A DNA stretch of 64,000 nucleotides from Candidatus Marinacidobacterales bacterium (GTDB lineage: Bacteria; Acidobacteriota; Vicinamibacteria; Marinacidobacterales; SMYC01). Positions 39,885-49,648 of the stretch are shown piece by piece (position 1 is the stretch's first letter; every line of letters begins with the position of its first letter). The stretch spans positions 2,464,001 to 2,528,000 of the forward strand of contig OZ250169.1 of NCBI GenBank assembly GCA_965237955.1. The letters run 5' to 3'. The notes beneath the pieces are model-generated. The model did not search any database. It was not told the origin of the DNA and saw only the letters and a program-made list of their open reading frames with translations. A program made the translations under genes and the position numbers.

Positions 39885-40820
39885 CTAACGAAACAACAAC
39901 GCGATGAACGTGACATAGCCGCATAGAAGAAAAACGCCTTCCCATCGAATCAGTCGTTTTCCGGTGTAGAGAAAGAAAGCTGTCACGAGAGTGAACCCGA
40001 TCAAAGCGGGAAACTCGAAGCGTAACAGCGCGGCGTCAATGTTGATGGGCTGAATGAGGGCCGACAGGCCGAGTGCGCCGAGGATGTTGAAGACGTTGCT
40101 CCCTATTATGGTGCCGACGACGAGGTCGGCCTGCCGTCTCATGCCGGCCACGACGGATGTCGCTAGCTCGGGAAGAGACGTGCCGACGGCCACGAGCGTC
40201 ACCCCGATGACGAACTCGGAAAGGCCGATCGCGCGCGCGATCGAGACCGCACCGGCCACGAGAAGCTGAGCGCCCCCGAGAAGAAGGCCGAGCCCTATTA
40301 TCGTCAGCATCGAGCTACGCGCGAGACTGTCTTTTCGCGGCGCCGTCTCGGATGAGCCGTCGGCGTCGGCGCGCGCCCAGCGCAGCGACAAGATGTTGAA
40401 CACGACGATGAGACCGATGAAGACGAGGCCGACCCCCCGTCCGATCTCGAGGCGAAGCGCGATGAACCCGAGAAGGAGCGTGACCCCCACCATGAACGGA
40501 AGCGCGCGCCGCAGGACCGTGGGTGCGATGGCGAGAGGCGTGAAGATCGCCGCGGCACCCAAGATGAGACCAAGGTTCGCGACGTTACTGCCCAAGACGT
40601 TTCCAACCGTCATCTCCGGGTAACCGGTGGCGGCGGCCACGAGGCTCGCGACGATTTCAGGCGCCGACGTTCCGTAGGCCACCACTGTCAGGCCGACTGC
40701 GAGTGGGCTTATCCCGAATTGCGCCGCGAGGCGGGAGGCGCCACGCACGAGCCAATCGGCACCGAGAGTCAAAGCGACGAGACCGATGAGAGAAACAACG
40801 GTTGCGGTGGCGAAGCTCAA
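39885..40820 (-). CDS. Ca2+/Na+ antiporter (YrbG family)
   Basis: Duplicated GTSAPE/GTSLPE and GSN alpha-repeats. Confidence 0.92.
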   Translation of the reverse strand: MSFATATVVSLIGLVALTLGADWLVRGASRLAAQFGISPLAVGLTVVAYGTSAPEIVASLVAAATGYPEMTVGNVLGSNVANLGLILGAAAIFTPLAIAPTVLRRALPFMVGVTLLLGFIALRLEIGRGVGLVFIGLIVVFNILSLRWARADADGSSETAPRKDSLARSSMLTIIGLGLLLGGAQLLVAGAVSIARAIGLSEFVIGVTLVAVGTSLPELATSVVAGMRRQADLVVGTIIGSNVFNILGALGLSALIQPINIDAALLRFEFPALIGFTLVTAFFLYTGKRLIRWEGVFLLCGYVTFIALLFR

Positions 40821-40961
40821 ACGGCCGTCATGATAGCAGACGAAACCGCCGTAACCCGTGGCGGCATCCAGAGTGTCCCAACCCGGGAGCGGGCCGTCCG
40901 GCCCGCACCCCTGGCCACCGGCCACCGCCACGGGGAGAAGCGATCCACTTCTCCCTAATTA

Positions 40962-42649
40962 GTTCCTGTCCAGAAACACCATAACTTGTGGTGTGCGACA
41001 GGCCTACCGAAGATGTGGGTATTATACGGTTTCGGTAGGGAACTTCGTAGGGTTGAGAGCGAATGAAAATCTTGGACGAAACGAGAGGCGAATCGTCAGG
41101 AATCCAAGGCTATGGGAGCGGAAGAGTAATAGTTATTATCTTAATAGATGTCTCGCCATCACCAGTAGATTGCAGGTGATGATGGAACCCCATACGTACG
41201 ATTTAAAAGAAGGCAATGAGCGCCATGTGCATCGGTCGAGACCAAAGACTCGTTTCAAGAACGAAATGACGCCTTCGATCCCGCAGCGAAATCGCCGCAG
41301 GCGTTGATAGACCCAGGAACTCTTGACCATATCGGTCACGGCGAAACCTTGAGCCTTGGTAAAGGCAACATCTTCAACTCCCTTGCCTTTGATGGCTTCC
41401 AAGTTTGCCTTTGAAGAAAACGCGCCATCGTAGGCGACCTGGCGCGGGGCCCGCTCGTAGAGTTCGACTAGACGGTCGATCATGGTTTCCGCGAGAGTTG
41501 AATCGGCCGGATTCCCATCCAAGATCACGCAATCCAAAATCATCGAGGACGAACCACCAGTCAGACACACCTTGTGACCGTAGAGGGTCTCGCGCCGGTC
41601 TTTGCGAATAATGTCGGTGTGTTCTTCGAAGACAGAAACGACCTTTTCCTCTGCAGGCACACGCTCTTCGTCGATCACTCGGCGTTGGGTTTGGTTGATG
41701 ACTTTCTTGGTGAGGACGAGAAAGTGCTCAAAATCCGAGGCGATCCTCTCCGTACTCGCTCGCTTCACAGGCTCGGTCAAGCCCGACTCTTCCAACTGTT
41801 CTACAACGCGTTGAGCGGAGCGATAGGTTGCTTCCGTCACCTTCAGTAGATCTCGATAGACGCGACGCCTTTGTTGCTTATCCTTCGCGTTCAGAACTCC
41901 CAGTCGACGTCTCTTCGCTCGACGCGTTCGATTGCCGAAGACCACTACTGTACCCAGCAGTTCGCGAGCTCCGCACATCAGGCGAGTGAGAACCCGAACA
42001 CAGTCATAAAGAAGCTCGGAGTCTGTAGGCGGATGAATGTTTGATTCCACTACCGTGCAGTCCACTCGTACTTTTCTTCCCTTTTCGATCCTAGCATCCT
42101 CGGCAACGCTCACCAGCTCTCGGTTGATCTGCTCCAGCGTTTCGAACTTCACGGCTTTGATGTTTGCTGCTAGGGTCGACTTCGACGGGGTCGGCTCTAT
42201 GATGCCGAGCTGGCAAAACGTCCGATAGCTTCGAGAGTCTGCCAAGTGAAACGCCAGCTCTCGATAGCTGAACTGATTCAGCTGCTTGACCAACAACGCC
42301 CGGAGAACCTGCTCCGCGCTCATTCCCCCACGACCAACATCGCTCCCTGCCGATGGGGTGACCGACTTCAGGTCTTGCAGTACCAGCTCATTGAGCTTAG
42401 GATGGGCATCGAGCAGCGACGAGATCGTTTCGAGTTCGCGTGCGTGCTCCAGCTCCAGCCAGGGCTCACGTAGATTTGGCTGTGGGTTGATCGTTTTTCG
42501 CATTTAGGGCTGGTCTCCTTTGGAGTTAAGTCATTTAGAATCGGATGTTTTCAACGACACGGTCCTAATCGACACCCCCTCAGAAGACTAGCCCTAAATT
42601 TGCGATTTCTCCTTTTTTCTCAATCCCTTACAGGCTTCAGGACGGGTAC
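40962..42649 (-). mobile_element. ISNCY (ISDol1-like) insertion sequence
   Basis: Ends GTTCCTGTCCAGAA / GTACCCGTCCTGAA, flanked on both sides by TAATTA within the palindrome CTAATTAG. Boundary ambiguous by 1 bp. Confidence 0.85.
41136..42503 (-). CDS. ISNCY family DDE transposase
   Basis: RVDCTVVESNIHPPTDS, YGHK, GNPADS, AYDG and FRCGIEG..S.LKR motifs. Confidence 0.92.
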   Translation of the reverse strand: MRKTINPQPNLREPWLELEHARELETISSLLDAHPKLNELVLQDLKSVTPSAGSDVGRGGMSAEQVLRALLVKQLNQFSYRELAFHLADSRSYRTFCQLGIIEPTPSKSTLAANIKAVKFETLEQINRELVSVAEDARIEKGRKVRVDCTVVESNIHPPTDSELLYDCVRVLTRLMCGARELLGTVVVFGNRTRRAKRRRLGVLNAKDKQQRRRVYRDLLKVTEATYRSAQRVVEQLEESGLTEPVKRASTERIASDFEHFLVLTKKVINQTQRRVIDEERVPAEEKVVSVFEEHTDIIRKDRRETLYGHKVCLTGGSSSMILDCVILDGNPADSTLAETMIDRLVELYERAPRQVAYDGAFSSKANLEAIKGKGVEDVAFTKAQGFAVTDMVKSSWVYQRLRRFRCGIEGVISFLKRVFGLDRCTWRSLPSFKSYVWGSIITCNLLVMARHLLR

Positions 42650-42816
42650 TAATTAGTGACGATTTCCAGCCCGCCAAACCTCCCTGCCGGGTAGATTTTC
42701 TTGGCATGAGCCGCATCGACAGGGTTCACGCTGCCAACGAGCCGCGGGGTTAGACTGGTAGTATCGATGAACTTTCAGGAGACGCTCCGGCGTCGGTTCA
42801 AACTGGAAGACGATTG

Positions 42817-43071
42817 ATGCCGGTGCGAAAGTTTCGCAACCTGAAGGATATGGAGGATTCTCTGTGGCGGTCGCCGGACGACCCCTCGTTGTCGGTTGCC
42901 ATCGCTCGGGTCTGGGATTTCGCAGACCGCGTCTCCGAGCGCCACTTTCCGCCCGGTGTGCACAAGCATCGATCCATCGAGGAAGCACAGGAGCTCCGCG
43001 ACCGCTGGGAAGAAGCGAACTTTCAGAGATATTGGGCGAGCAAAAAACCCGCTAAGAAGACGGTTCGCTAG
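42817..43071 (+). CDS. small hypothetical protein (FPPGVHKHRSIEE motif)
   Basis: TGATG coupling to the upstream mini-ORF 42767-42817. Confidence 0.65.
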   Translation: MPVRKFRNLKDMEDSLWRSPDDPSLSVAIARVWDFADRVSERHFPPGVHKHRSIEEAQELRDRWEEANFQRYWASKKPAKKTVR

Positions 43072-43102
43072 CGGTCGCCGCTGCTGCTCGGACGCGCTGA
43101 GC

Positions 43103-44191
43103 CTAGACTTCGACGGCGATGGGGGTCGGCTTTTTCGTCACCGCGCAGTGGCGGCAGATGGGTTCGCCTTCTTTACCGTCGCGGTCCCAGGTGCGCTCGC
43201 GGTGGGCGCGGCGTAGTCGATCGAAATTCTCACTGGCCCAGGTGTCTTGAATGCTCTGCGTGCCGGGGACCACCGCGCCGCCATCGATCTCGAGCGTGAA
43301 CCCCTGGCAGCACGGCATCGTGTGCTTGCCGTCCCAGGTCACGACCATGCGCCGGAACGGATCCGGACATTGGAACTCGTCCGCGCTGAGCGACGACCAC
43401 TCGGCGGCTTTCCACTGGTGCGTGGCGCCGGCGGGAAAGTAGCACTCGCTGATGGACATCCAATCGACGCCCATCTCGTTCTTCCAGAACGATTCCATCC
43501 GTCCGCCATCGACATCGGCCGCGTTCAAGAACGTTCGCACGACCGAGGCGCGAATGCGACAGTCGGGTGCACTCTTACCTTGCGCGCGGGCCTCGACGGC
43601 ACTTCGTACCGAGTGCAGCAGAATGTCCCATTCACCGCCGACTCGCTGTTTGGCGTAGCTCTCGGCATCCGCGGCGTCGACCGAGAACATCAAATCGGTG
43701 ATGCCCGCTTCGACGAGCTCGGCGAAGAGCTCGGGGCGAGTGCGCGCGCGGCCGTTCCCGTTGGTGTTCATCATGATGTCGGGGAAGCCGTGATCGGCGG
43801 CCTGGCTGACGAAGGACACGATCTCCGGATGGAGCGAGGGCTCGCCACGGTAGTTGAGCTTGATCGAGCTCACACCCATATCGGCGCACTGTTGCAATAG
43901 GACCTTGTAGAGCTTCGGGTCCATGTAGCCCCTTTGATACGTATGCTCGTCGAACCCGAGCTTCCGGATGTGCTCGTGGGTCCAAATCTGGCAAAACCCC
44001 TGCGGATCTTCTTCGGAGCTCCCGCAGCGCAGATCGCACACCGCCACCGACTCGAGGTCGACGTGGACGGGGTGGTTGGAGCCGTCGAGCTCGGCGCCGC
44101 GCCGGTCCCACTCGCGCCGGTAGGCTTCGTAGCGCTCGCTGCGATCCGACGGGGCATTCCCGAGAATCCGGAAAGTAGGGTCTTGGCTCAT
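43103..44191 (-). CDS. radical SAM protein with SPASM/twitch domain
   Basis: CDLRC-x10-C, NYRGEPSLHP, NTNG, FSVDA and C-terminal CPDPF..WDG..PCC..CRHC. Confidence 0.88.
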   Translation of the reverse strand: MSQDPTFRILGNAPSDRSERYEAYRREWDRRGAELDGSNHPVHVDLESVAVCDLRCGSSEEDPQGFCQIWTHEHIRKLGFDEHTYQRGYMDPKLYKVLLQQCADMGVSSIKLNYRGEPSLHPEIVSFVSQAADHGFPDIMMNTNGNGRARTRPELFAELVEAGITDLMFSVDAADAESYAKQRVGGEWDILLHSVRSAVEARAQGKSAPDCRIRASVVRTFLNAADVDGGRMESFWKNEMGVDWMSISECYFPAGATHQWKAAEWSSLSADEFQCPDPFRRMVVTWDGKHTMPCCQGFTLEIDGGAVVPGTQSIQDTWASENFDRLRRAHRERTWDRDGKEGEPICRHCAVTKKPTPIAVEV

Positions 44192-44245
44192 CCGCCGTAT
44201 TCTAGCGTGGGGTGAGGGCTGCGGCCATCGACCGTTGGACTCGGT

Positions 44246-45165
44246 TCAGAAAGACGTTCCCGTGGTCACGGCGCGCCACGCGCGTGCCAGGCTCTCCGTC
44301 GGAAGCCAAACCGTTGGATAGCGTTGCTCGGGGGCGTCCGCTGCCGCCGTGCAATGATTCGATGTTGGATCGCAGACAAAGCCGTCGCTCAGCTTCAGCG
44401 CGCGCAATGCGGGCGTTGTCGGCAGACGCAGTGCGATGAGCTCTTCGTAAAACAGCGCCGCCATCTCGCGCGCCACGTCGGGCTCCTCCACGAGCGCCCA
44501 AAGCGCACGTGCCCTGCGGTTGATGGAGTAGATTCCGCGGATGATGTCATTGCGGAACGCGAGATCGTTTTCGCCGATGAAGAACAACCCCGGTACCTCG
44601 CGTGCCGCTTCGTCGGCGACCGCCGAGTAGTAGATACCGCCTTTGTTGACGACGAAAACGATGACCCGCTCTGGCTTCCACAGCGCAAGCTCATAGTTGA
44701 ACTCACCACCGGCCGACATGCCCCACAAAAGAAGCAGGGCGCTCGCGAGCTCGGAATGATCGGCATCTCTCCGAGGCGGCTCAGAGCGTCGAGAAAAGCC
44801 TGAGCGCTGCCCTCGCTGACCTCGACGTAGTGCTCGATGAACGTGTCGTCGTGCCGCTTGTCGGTGGGATAGACGCCCACGAGGCCGAGCCGGTGGCGCA
44901 CCGCGAGTTGTTGCCAGAACGGAGTCTCGACCTGATCTCTTCCGTCGCCATTCGACCCCGGTACGAGGACGAGGACAGCTTCGAGCGTCTCGACGTCTTT
45001 GGGAAGCCACAACCGGAATGCCGCACGTGCGAAGTTTTTTCCCGGCGGCATCTCGACATCGTGTGTCCCAGCGCTCGCGGGTTGAATCGTCGCCCCAGAG
45101 AAACTCAAAGCCAAACTCAAAGCCGCGGCAACCAGGAACGACTCGATGAGACTGCGTCTTTTCAC
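44246..45165 (-). pseudogene. secreted alpha/beta hydrolase-like protein, frameshift near 44765
   Basis: Signal peptide and PGSNGDGR in one frame. WGMSAGG nucleophile elbow and GEND in the next frame. Confidence 0.7.
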
Positions 45166-45327
45166 GAGATAAGAGACCTTCCTTCTCCAGCAGAACGACT
45201 CGAGAGCGTGATGCTACCAGAAAAAAGGAAGACGCTGGGCGGACCAAACAGCTTGGAAGTGTGCAGAAAAGAAACAAATAAATCAACGTAAGTTATTGTA
45301 ATAAAAGATGTTGCTGTTTGCCCGGAG

Positions 45328-45356
45328 TTGACTTACACTAATTATCCACCTATGAT
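45328..45356 (+). promoter_or_regulatory. sigma70-type promoter of the HNH gene
   Basis: TTGACT-17 bp-TATGAT, with an AT-rich upstream tract and AAGGAGG downstream. Confidence 0.75.
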
Positions 45357-45396
45357 GAGGTCGTCTTCGAAATATTCATTCTGAAGGAGGATGGTG

Positions 45397-46497
45397 ATGG
45401 CGAGCCCGGCTACTGTTACTGAGACGTGTCTGCTCACGGAAAAAGACCTCGAGATGGAGGGGGGCTTGAAAGCGATGGAGGTCCACGGTCGGCTCGTTCT
45501 CTTGGCACGCGTGGATCGCAGGGTCGAATCCGTGCTGTGCTTCTACCTTCAGGAAGTCGAAGAGCGAGGGCTCTACATCGACTACGGCCACGCCTGCACG
45601 GTCGACTACGCACGCGAGTGTCTTGGCTTCGAGGATCGCAAGACCCGAACGCTTCTGCATCTGGCCTGTCGCTTCAAAGAACTGCCGAAGATGAAAGAGT
45701 CCTTCAGCCGTGGAGAGATCCCGTACACGAAAGCGAGAGAGGCTGTCAAAGTCGCCACGGCGAAGAACGAAGACGAATGGATCGACAAGTGTAAAAAGCT
45801 GAGCAACCGCCAGCTAGAACAAGCGGTCAAGAAAGAACTGCCCCCGCAGAAGTCGCGAACCCTCGTGCTCGTCCTTGACGAAGAGCGCATCGAGACGTGA
45901 GAGCGGACGCGCGAAGCGATGGAAAAACTCGCGGGCAAAACGCTCACCGACATCGAAGTCTTCGATCTCACGTGTGCCGAGTCGCTGTGCACGTACGATC
46001 TCACGCCGCCCTTGGGCGATCCCAGCGCGCCGATGGGCGGGTATGTCGCCAAAGTCATCGAGCGGGATGGGTTTTTATGCCAGCGGCCCGGTTGCAGCAA
46101 TCGCACCGCGCTGACGGGTAGCCATATCAAATCGCGTGGGCGGGGCGGCTCCGAGGAACCGGTGAACCTTCTCACGCTCTGCATGGTGTGCCACACCGCG
46201 ATCGAACGAGGGGTGCTGAAGGCGACGGGCCGCGCGCCGGACCAGATCACGTGGGAGGGGCCGTTCGGTGTGATCGAAGAGCCGCTCGAAGCCGCTAGCG
46301 AGGAAGTCACCTCCGGTGAAGCTCAATACGAAGACGTTCGGGACGAACCCACGCTTCTCGTAAGAGAAACTGCACCGGGCTACGGTGACCGGAGCTTTGA
46401 CTCACGTGAGTCATCGCTCGGGATGTCGCGTGCCTCACGTGAGTCACGCCTCGCGATCGAATGGGACAGCATGAACAGGCATCCTGCGCCTCCTTGA
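45397..46497 (+). pseudogene. DUF222-like + HNH endonuclease, single in-frame TGA at 45898-45900
   Basis: LPKMKESFSRGEIPYTKAR N-domain, then ERDGFLCQRPGC..HI..RGRGG..NLLTLCMVCH. ORFs 45391 and 45919 share a frame. Confidence 0.8.
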
Positions 46498-46498
46498 G

Positions 46499-46757
46499 TT
46501 CATTCACCGAGATTTGAAGCCGGCGAACATCAAAATCGGGCGAATGGAGAGATCAAAATTCCTGGACTCCGGCCTAGCCAAGGTCGCCGAAGCGGAAACG
46601 GGATCCTACCTCTGGCGGCGGCGACTCGCACTCCCCCACCACGTTGACCAAAGGTACGGCCTTGGGTGCCATCCTGGGCACGGCCTCGTACATGAGCCCC
46701 GAGCAGGCGCGCGGGAAACCGGTCGACAAGCAGACGGACATCTGGGCGCTCGGATGC
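46499..46757 (+). pseudogene. Ser/Thr kinase internal remnant (subdomains VIb-IX)
   Basis: [15 protein letters not shown], then in a shifted frame ILGTASYMSPEQARGKPVDKQTDIWALG. Confidence 0.8.
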
Positions 46758-47137
46758 TGACCCCGTTCGGCATCATCATGACTGGCATCGGCGTGATATC
46801 GCTGGCCGGCATGTTGGTGAACAAGGCGATCGTGTTGTGCGATTTCATCCGCCAGCTTCGTGACAGCGGGATGGAAAAGACCAAGGCGGTTATCGAGGCC
46901 GGTGTCATCCGTCTTCGGCCGCTGTTGTTGACGGCGGTGACCACGGTACTTGGGCTCATCCCGTTGACGCTCGGGATCAGCCTGGATTTCTTTACCGGTA
47001 CCAGGGGGGGCAGTCTTCGTAGTGTTGGGGGCCCATGGGGGTGGCGGTGATCTCGGGGCTTACGGTGGCTACAGTGTTGACGCTTGTTGTGGTGCCGGTG
47101 ACGTACCACAGTCTGGATTCGTTATCGGGGCTTCTTA
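46758..47137 (+). pseudogene. RND (AcrB-family) permease 3' remnant, hit by ISAzo13
   Basis: GVISLAGMLVNKAIVL.D, RLRPLLLTAVTTVLGLIP and GLTVATVLTLVVVP.TY motifs. Confidence 0.85.
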
Positions 47138-49063
47138 GGGCCGGCGACAAAATAAGTTCCCGTTTTCAAGACGGTCGGATGGTGTAGTTCCATTTGGGTA
47201 GAGTCTGGTCCTTTGTAACGGAAAGCGCCTGCATCCGCTCGTCAGTGATTTTGACGCCCTTCGGATAACGACGCCGGATAAGGTGTGCGCGTACTCGCAA
47301 ACCGGAAGAGGTGGTGGTCGTGCGGATGTATTTGAGGATGGTTTCGTAGCTGTCGAGAGGCCTGCCCGCCCAGTTCTTGCTGATCTCGCTGAACAGACGG
47401 TGCTCCACTGGATTCCACTTGGATGTACCGGACGGATAGTGGGCTATGGTGATAGCGATGTCGTGGCGATTGCAAATCCGCGTTTGAAGCCCGTGCTTCC
47501 AACCCCGACACCGATAGCCATTGCTGCCCCCGGCGTCTGCCAATATCGCGAGGTCACGGGCTGCAGGATAGCGTCGCCGTCCTTCCGTTCGCCACCACTT
47601 CTCGATGGCATTCACGGCGAAGTCCGGGGTGTTGTACGAGGTACCAATGAACACTGTCCCGCGGTTCGCGAGCAGATCGTAGACGCCGTAGGGGATTGCG
47701 ATGCCGTTCGATTCGGAACGGAAGTCATGGTCTTTGACGAGAGTCGGCTCGCGGTTCCAGGCCTGCCCGCCGTTTTTGAATAATCCCACCAGCTCCCGTT
47801 TCTTCGTGTCTACGCTGATGATGGGATGACCAGCTGCGGCAAAACGCTCGCGCAGTTCGGCGATACACGCGAATTGGGTATCGCGATCTTCGGACGTGGC
47901 ACCGCACAGCTTCTTGTGGTTCACCCGCAACGAGAAGCCGAGCTGTTTGAGCAGTCGACCGACGGTTTTGCTGCTGACGTTCACACTGAGGCTTCTTAGC
48001 TCGCAAGCAATCTTGTCGGTGGTCCGCCGCGTCCATTTCACTCCCGTCATCGGATCGCCCGCGGTGTCGTGCTTCATGAGTTCTTCGATCTTGGCGATGA
48101 CTTCTGGCGTTTTTTTTGCACGGCGCGCCGTCCGCCACCCTTTCGCCGAACTCCGTCGAGCTCAACATCTCTCATTAGCAATTCCCTACGACCTCTGGCT
48201 ACCGTGCTCGGATCCATCCCGAGCAGTTCGGCAATCTGTTGGTCGCCACCGTGACCGAGCTTCATGGCCTCGACCCCCGCGTAGAGACGGCGCTGCTTTT
48301 CATCGAGCAGGCTGTAGAAAAGAACGATCGCAGCCTTCAACTCCACGGGGAGCACGCGGACTCCCCCGACCCAGCCCAACGTGGAAGGTGACGCCTCATG
48401 TACCTGGCGGGCCGAGAGCTGTTGCTTGCGCGTGCTCACATCGGTGGCCAGATACAGATATCGGCCGAACACCTGCTCGCGCGCCAATCTTTTCTCTCGG
48501 ACCAGTTTCAACAGAGGAGCCTTGACGTCAACCTGCACCTCGTCCTCGAGCTCGTCGACGTAGTAGCCTGCCTCACAGGCCGCGACCAACGCTTTTACCG
48601 TCGCAAGCAACGTCCCGTACTTCGAGAACCACACTGAGCGCAACGACCAAAGACCTTTTCGATCGAACTGGGCGATCTCGTCCAACGTGTAGTAGCTACC
48701 ACGGTGGGAGTAGCTTGTCCGATACGCCAACTCATTGAGCTTTCGGAAGACGGTCGAGTCCACATCGGTACCCAACACTGCCTTCAAATCATCGAGGGTA
48801 GCTATTTTGTGCTTCCTCAACAGGCGGTCGAGATCTTCAGACTGATAGCTCGTAGGTCTCATAATAGGAGAAGTGCTCCTTGATAGGCGTAATCCTCCCT
48901 AAAATGAGGACCGTTTGTCAAACACGCGCTGGTTGCTGAAGATCTACAAATGTTCCGTTTCTAGGGAGCTTGCCAGGCTCTCGTGATGCCAGACGACATC
49001 GCGATCACGACCTGAAACAGGAAGAGTGTGCTCAAAACTAGACAGTTATTTTGTCGGCGGCCC
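47138..49063 (-). mobile_element. ISAzo13 family insertion sequence (1926 bp)
   Basis: IRs GGGCCGGCGACAAAATAA / GGGCCGCCGACAAAATAA. TTA duplicated at 47135-47137 and 49064-49066. Confidence 0.92.
47166..48862 (-). CDS. ISAzo13 transposase in two overlapping frames, joined at an A8 run (48110-48117)
   Basis: ORF1 LDEKQRRLYAG..VRRKGGGR. ORF2 TAGDPM..KWT, ISVDTKKRE, ADAGGSN and SKWNPVEHRLFS. Confidence 0.9.
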
Positions 49064-49197
49064 TTAGTGGGCTCAAAGGCCGCGCTTGCGGGGACCGCGG
49101 TGAGGTTACGGGGAGCGCGGGCTTGGGAGTGCGGAGATCCATGCCAGGGAAGTAGCTGACGAAGCCTAGTGCCCAGGTACGATATAATCGGCGTTTG

Positions 49198-49292
49198 CCC
49201 TCACCCGCCCTCGCGGATGGCGGTATGAGGAAGAGGATGTTCCCTCACCCGCCCTCGCGGGGCTCGGGCACCCTCTCCCTCCGAGAGAGGGT
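49198..49292. repeat. REP-like element: CCCTCACCCGCCCTCGCGG twice plus CACCCTCTC..GAGAGGGTG hairpin
   Basis: 19-bp direct repeat and a hairpin immediately upstream of tRNA-Ser. Confidence 0.65.
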
Positions 49293-49308
49293 GGATAAGG
49301 AAGAATTA

Positions 49309-49398
49309 GGAGGGGTGCAGGAGTGGCTTATTTGGCTAGCCCGGAAAGCTAGTGTACCGGCAACGGTACCGTGGGTTCGAATCCCACCCCCTCCGCCA
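49309..49398 (+). tRNA. tRNA-Ser(GGA)
   Basis: GGAGGGG/CCCCTCC acceptor stem, anticodon arm CTAGC-CCGGAAA-GCTAG, long variable arm, GTTCGAATC and encoded CCA. Confidence 0.95.
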
Positions 49399-49401
49399 TG
49401 T

Positions 49402-49513
49402 GTCCTGTGGCTCAGGCCCTGTGCGAATCGAGCCTGTGAACTCCGTCAGGCCCGGAAGGGAGCAGCGGTAAGCAGAGCCTTGATTGTGCCGCAGATCGCC
49501 TGAGCCGCGGGGC
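49402..49513 (+). ncRNA. ffs: SRP RNA (small, 4.5S type)
   Basis: GTCAGGCCCGGAAGGGAGCAGC helix-8 motif in a long hairpin, in the canonical position before dnaX. Confidence 0.93.
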
Positions 49514-49536
49514 TCCAAATGGGTGGGGACCGTTTT

Positions 49537-49636
49537 TTAACGCAAAGACGCAAAGGCGCAAGGAAAAAGACCGATGTTCAAGCGTGCGGGACCGACTGGA
49601 CTCTGCGTCCTTGCGTCCTTGCGCTTTTGCGTTTAA
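49537..49636. repeat. inverted array of 8-mer repeats (ACGCAAAG / CTTGCGTC)
   Basis: ttaacgcaaagacgcaaaggcgcaagg ... ctctgcgtccttgcgtccttgcgcttttgcgtttaa. Confidence 0.8.
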
Positions 49637-49648
49637 TTTCTTTCTGTC

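Noticed and set aside
45898-45900. TGA as selenocysteine or a recoded codon
   Set aside because: The context (IET*ERTRE) fits Trp TGG>TGA, no SECIS-like hairpin was recognised, and TGA is used as a normal stop throughout the window.
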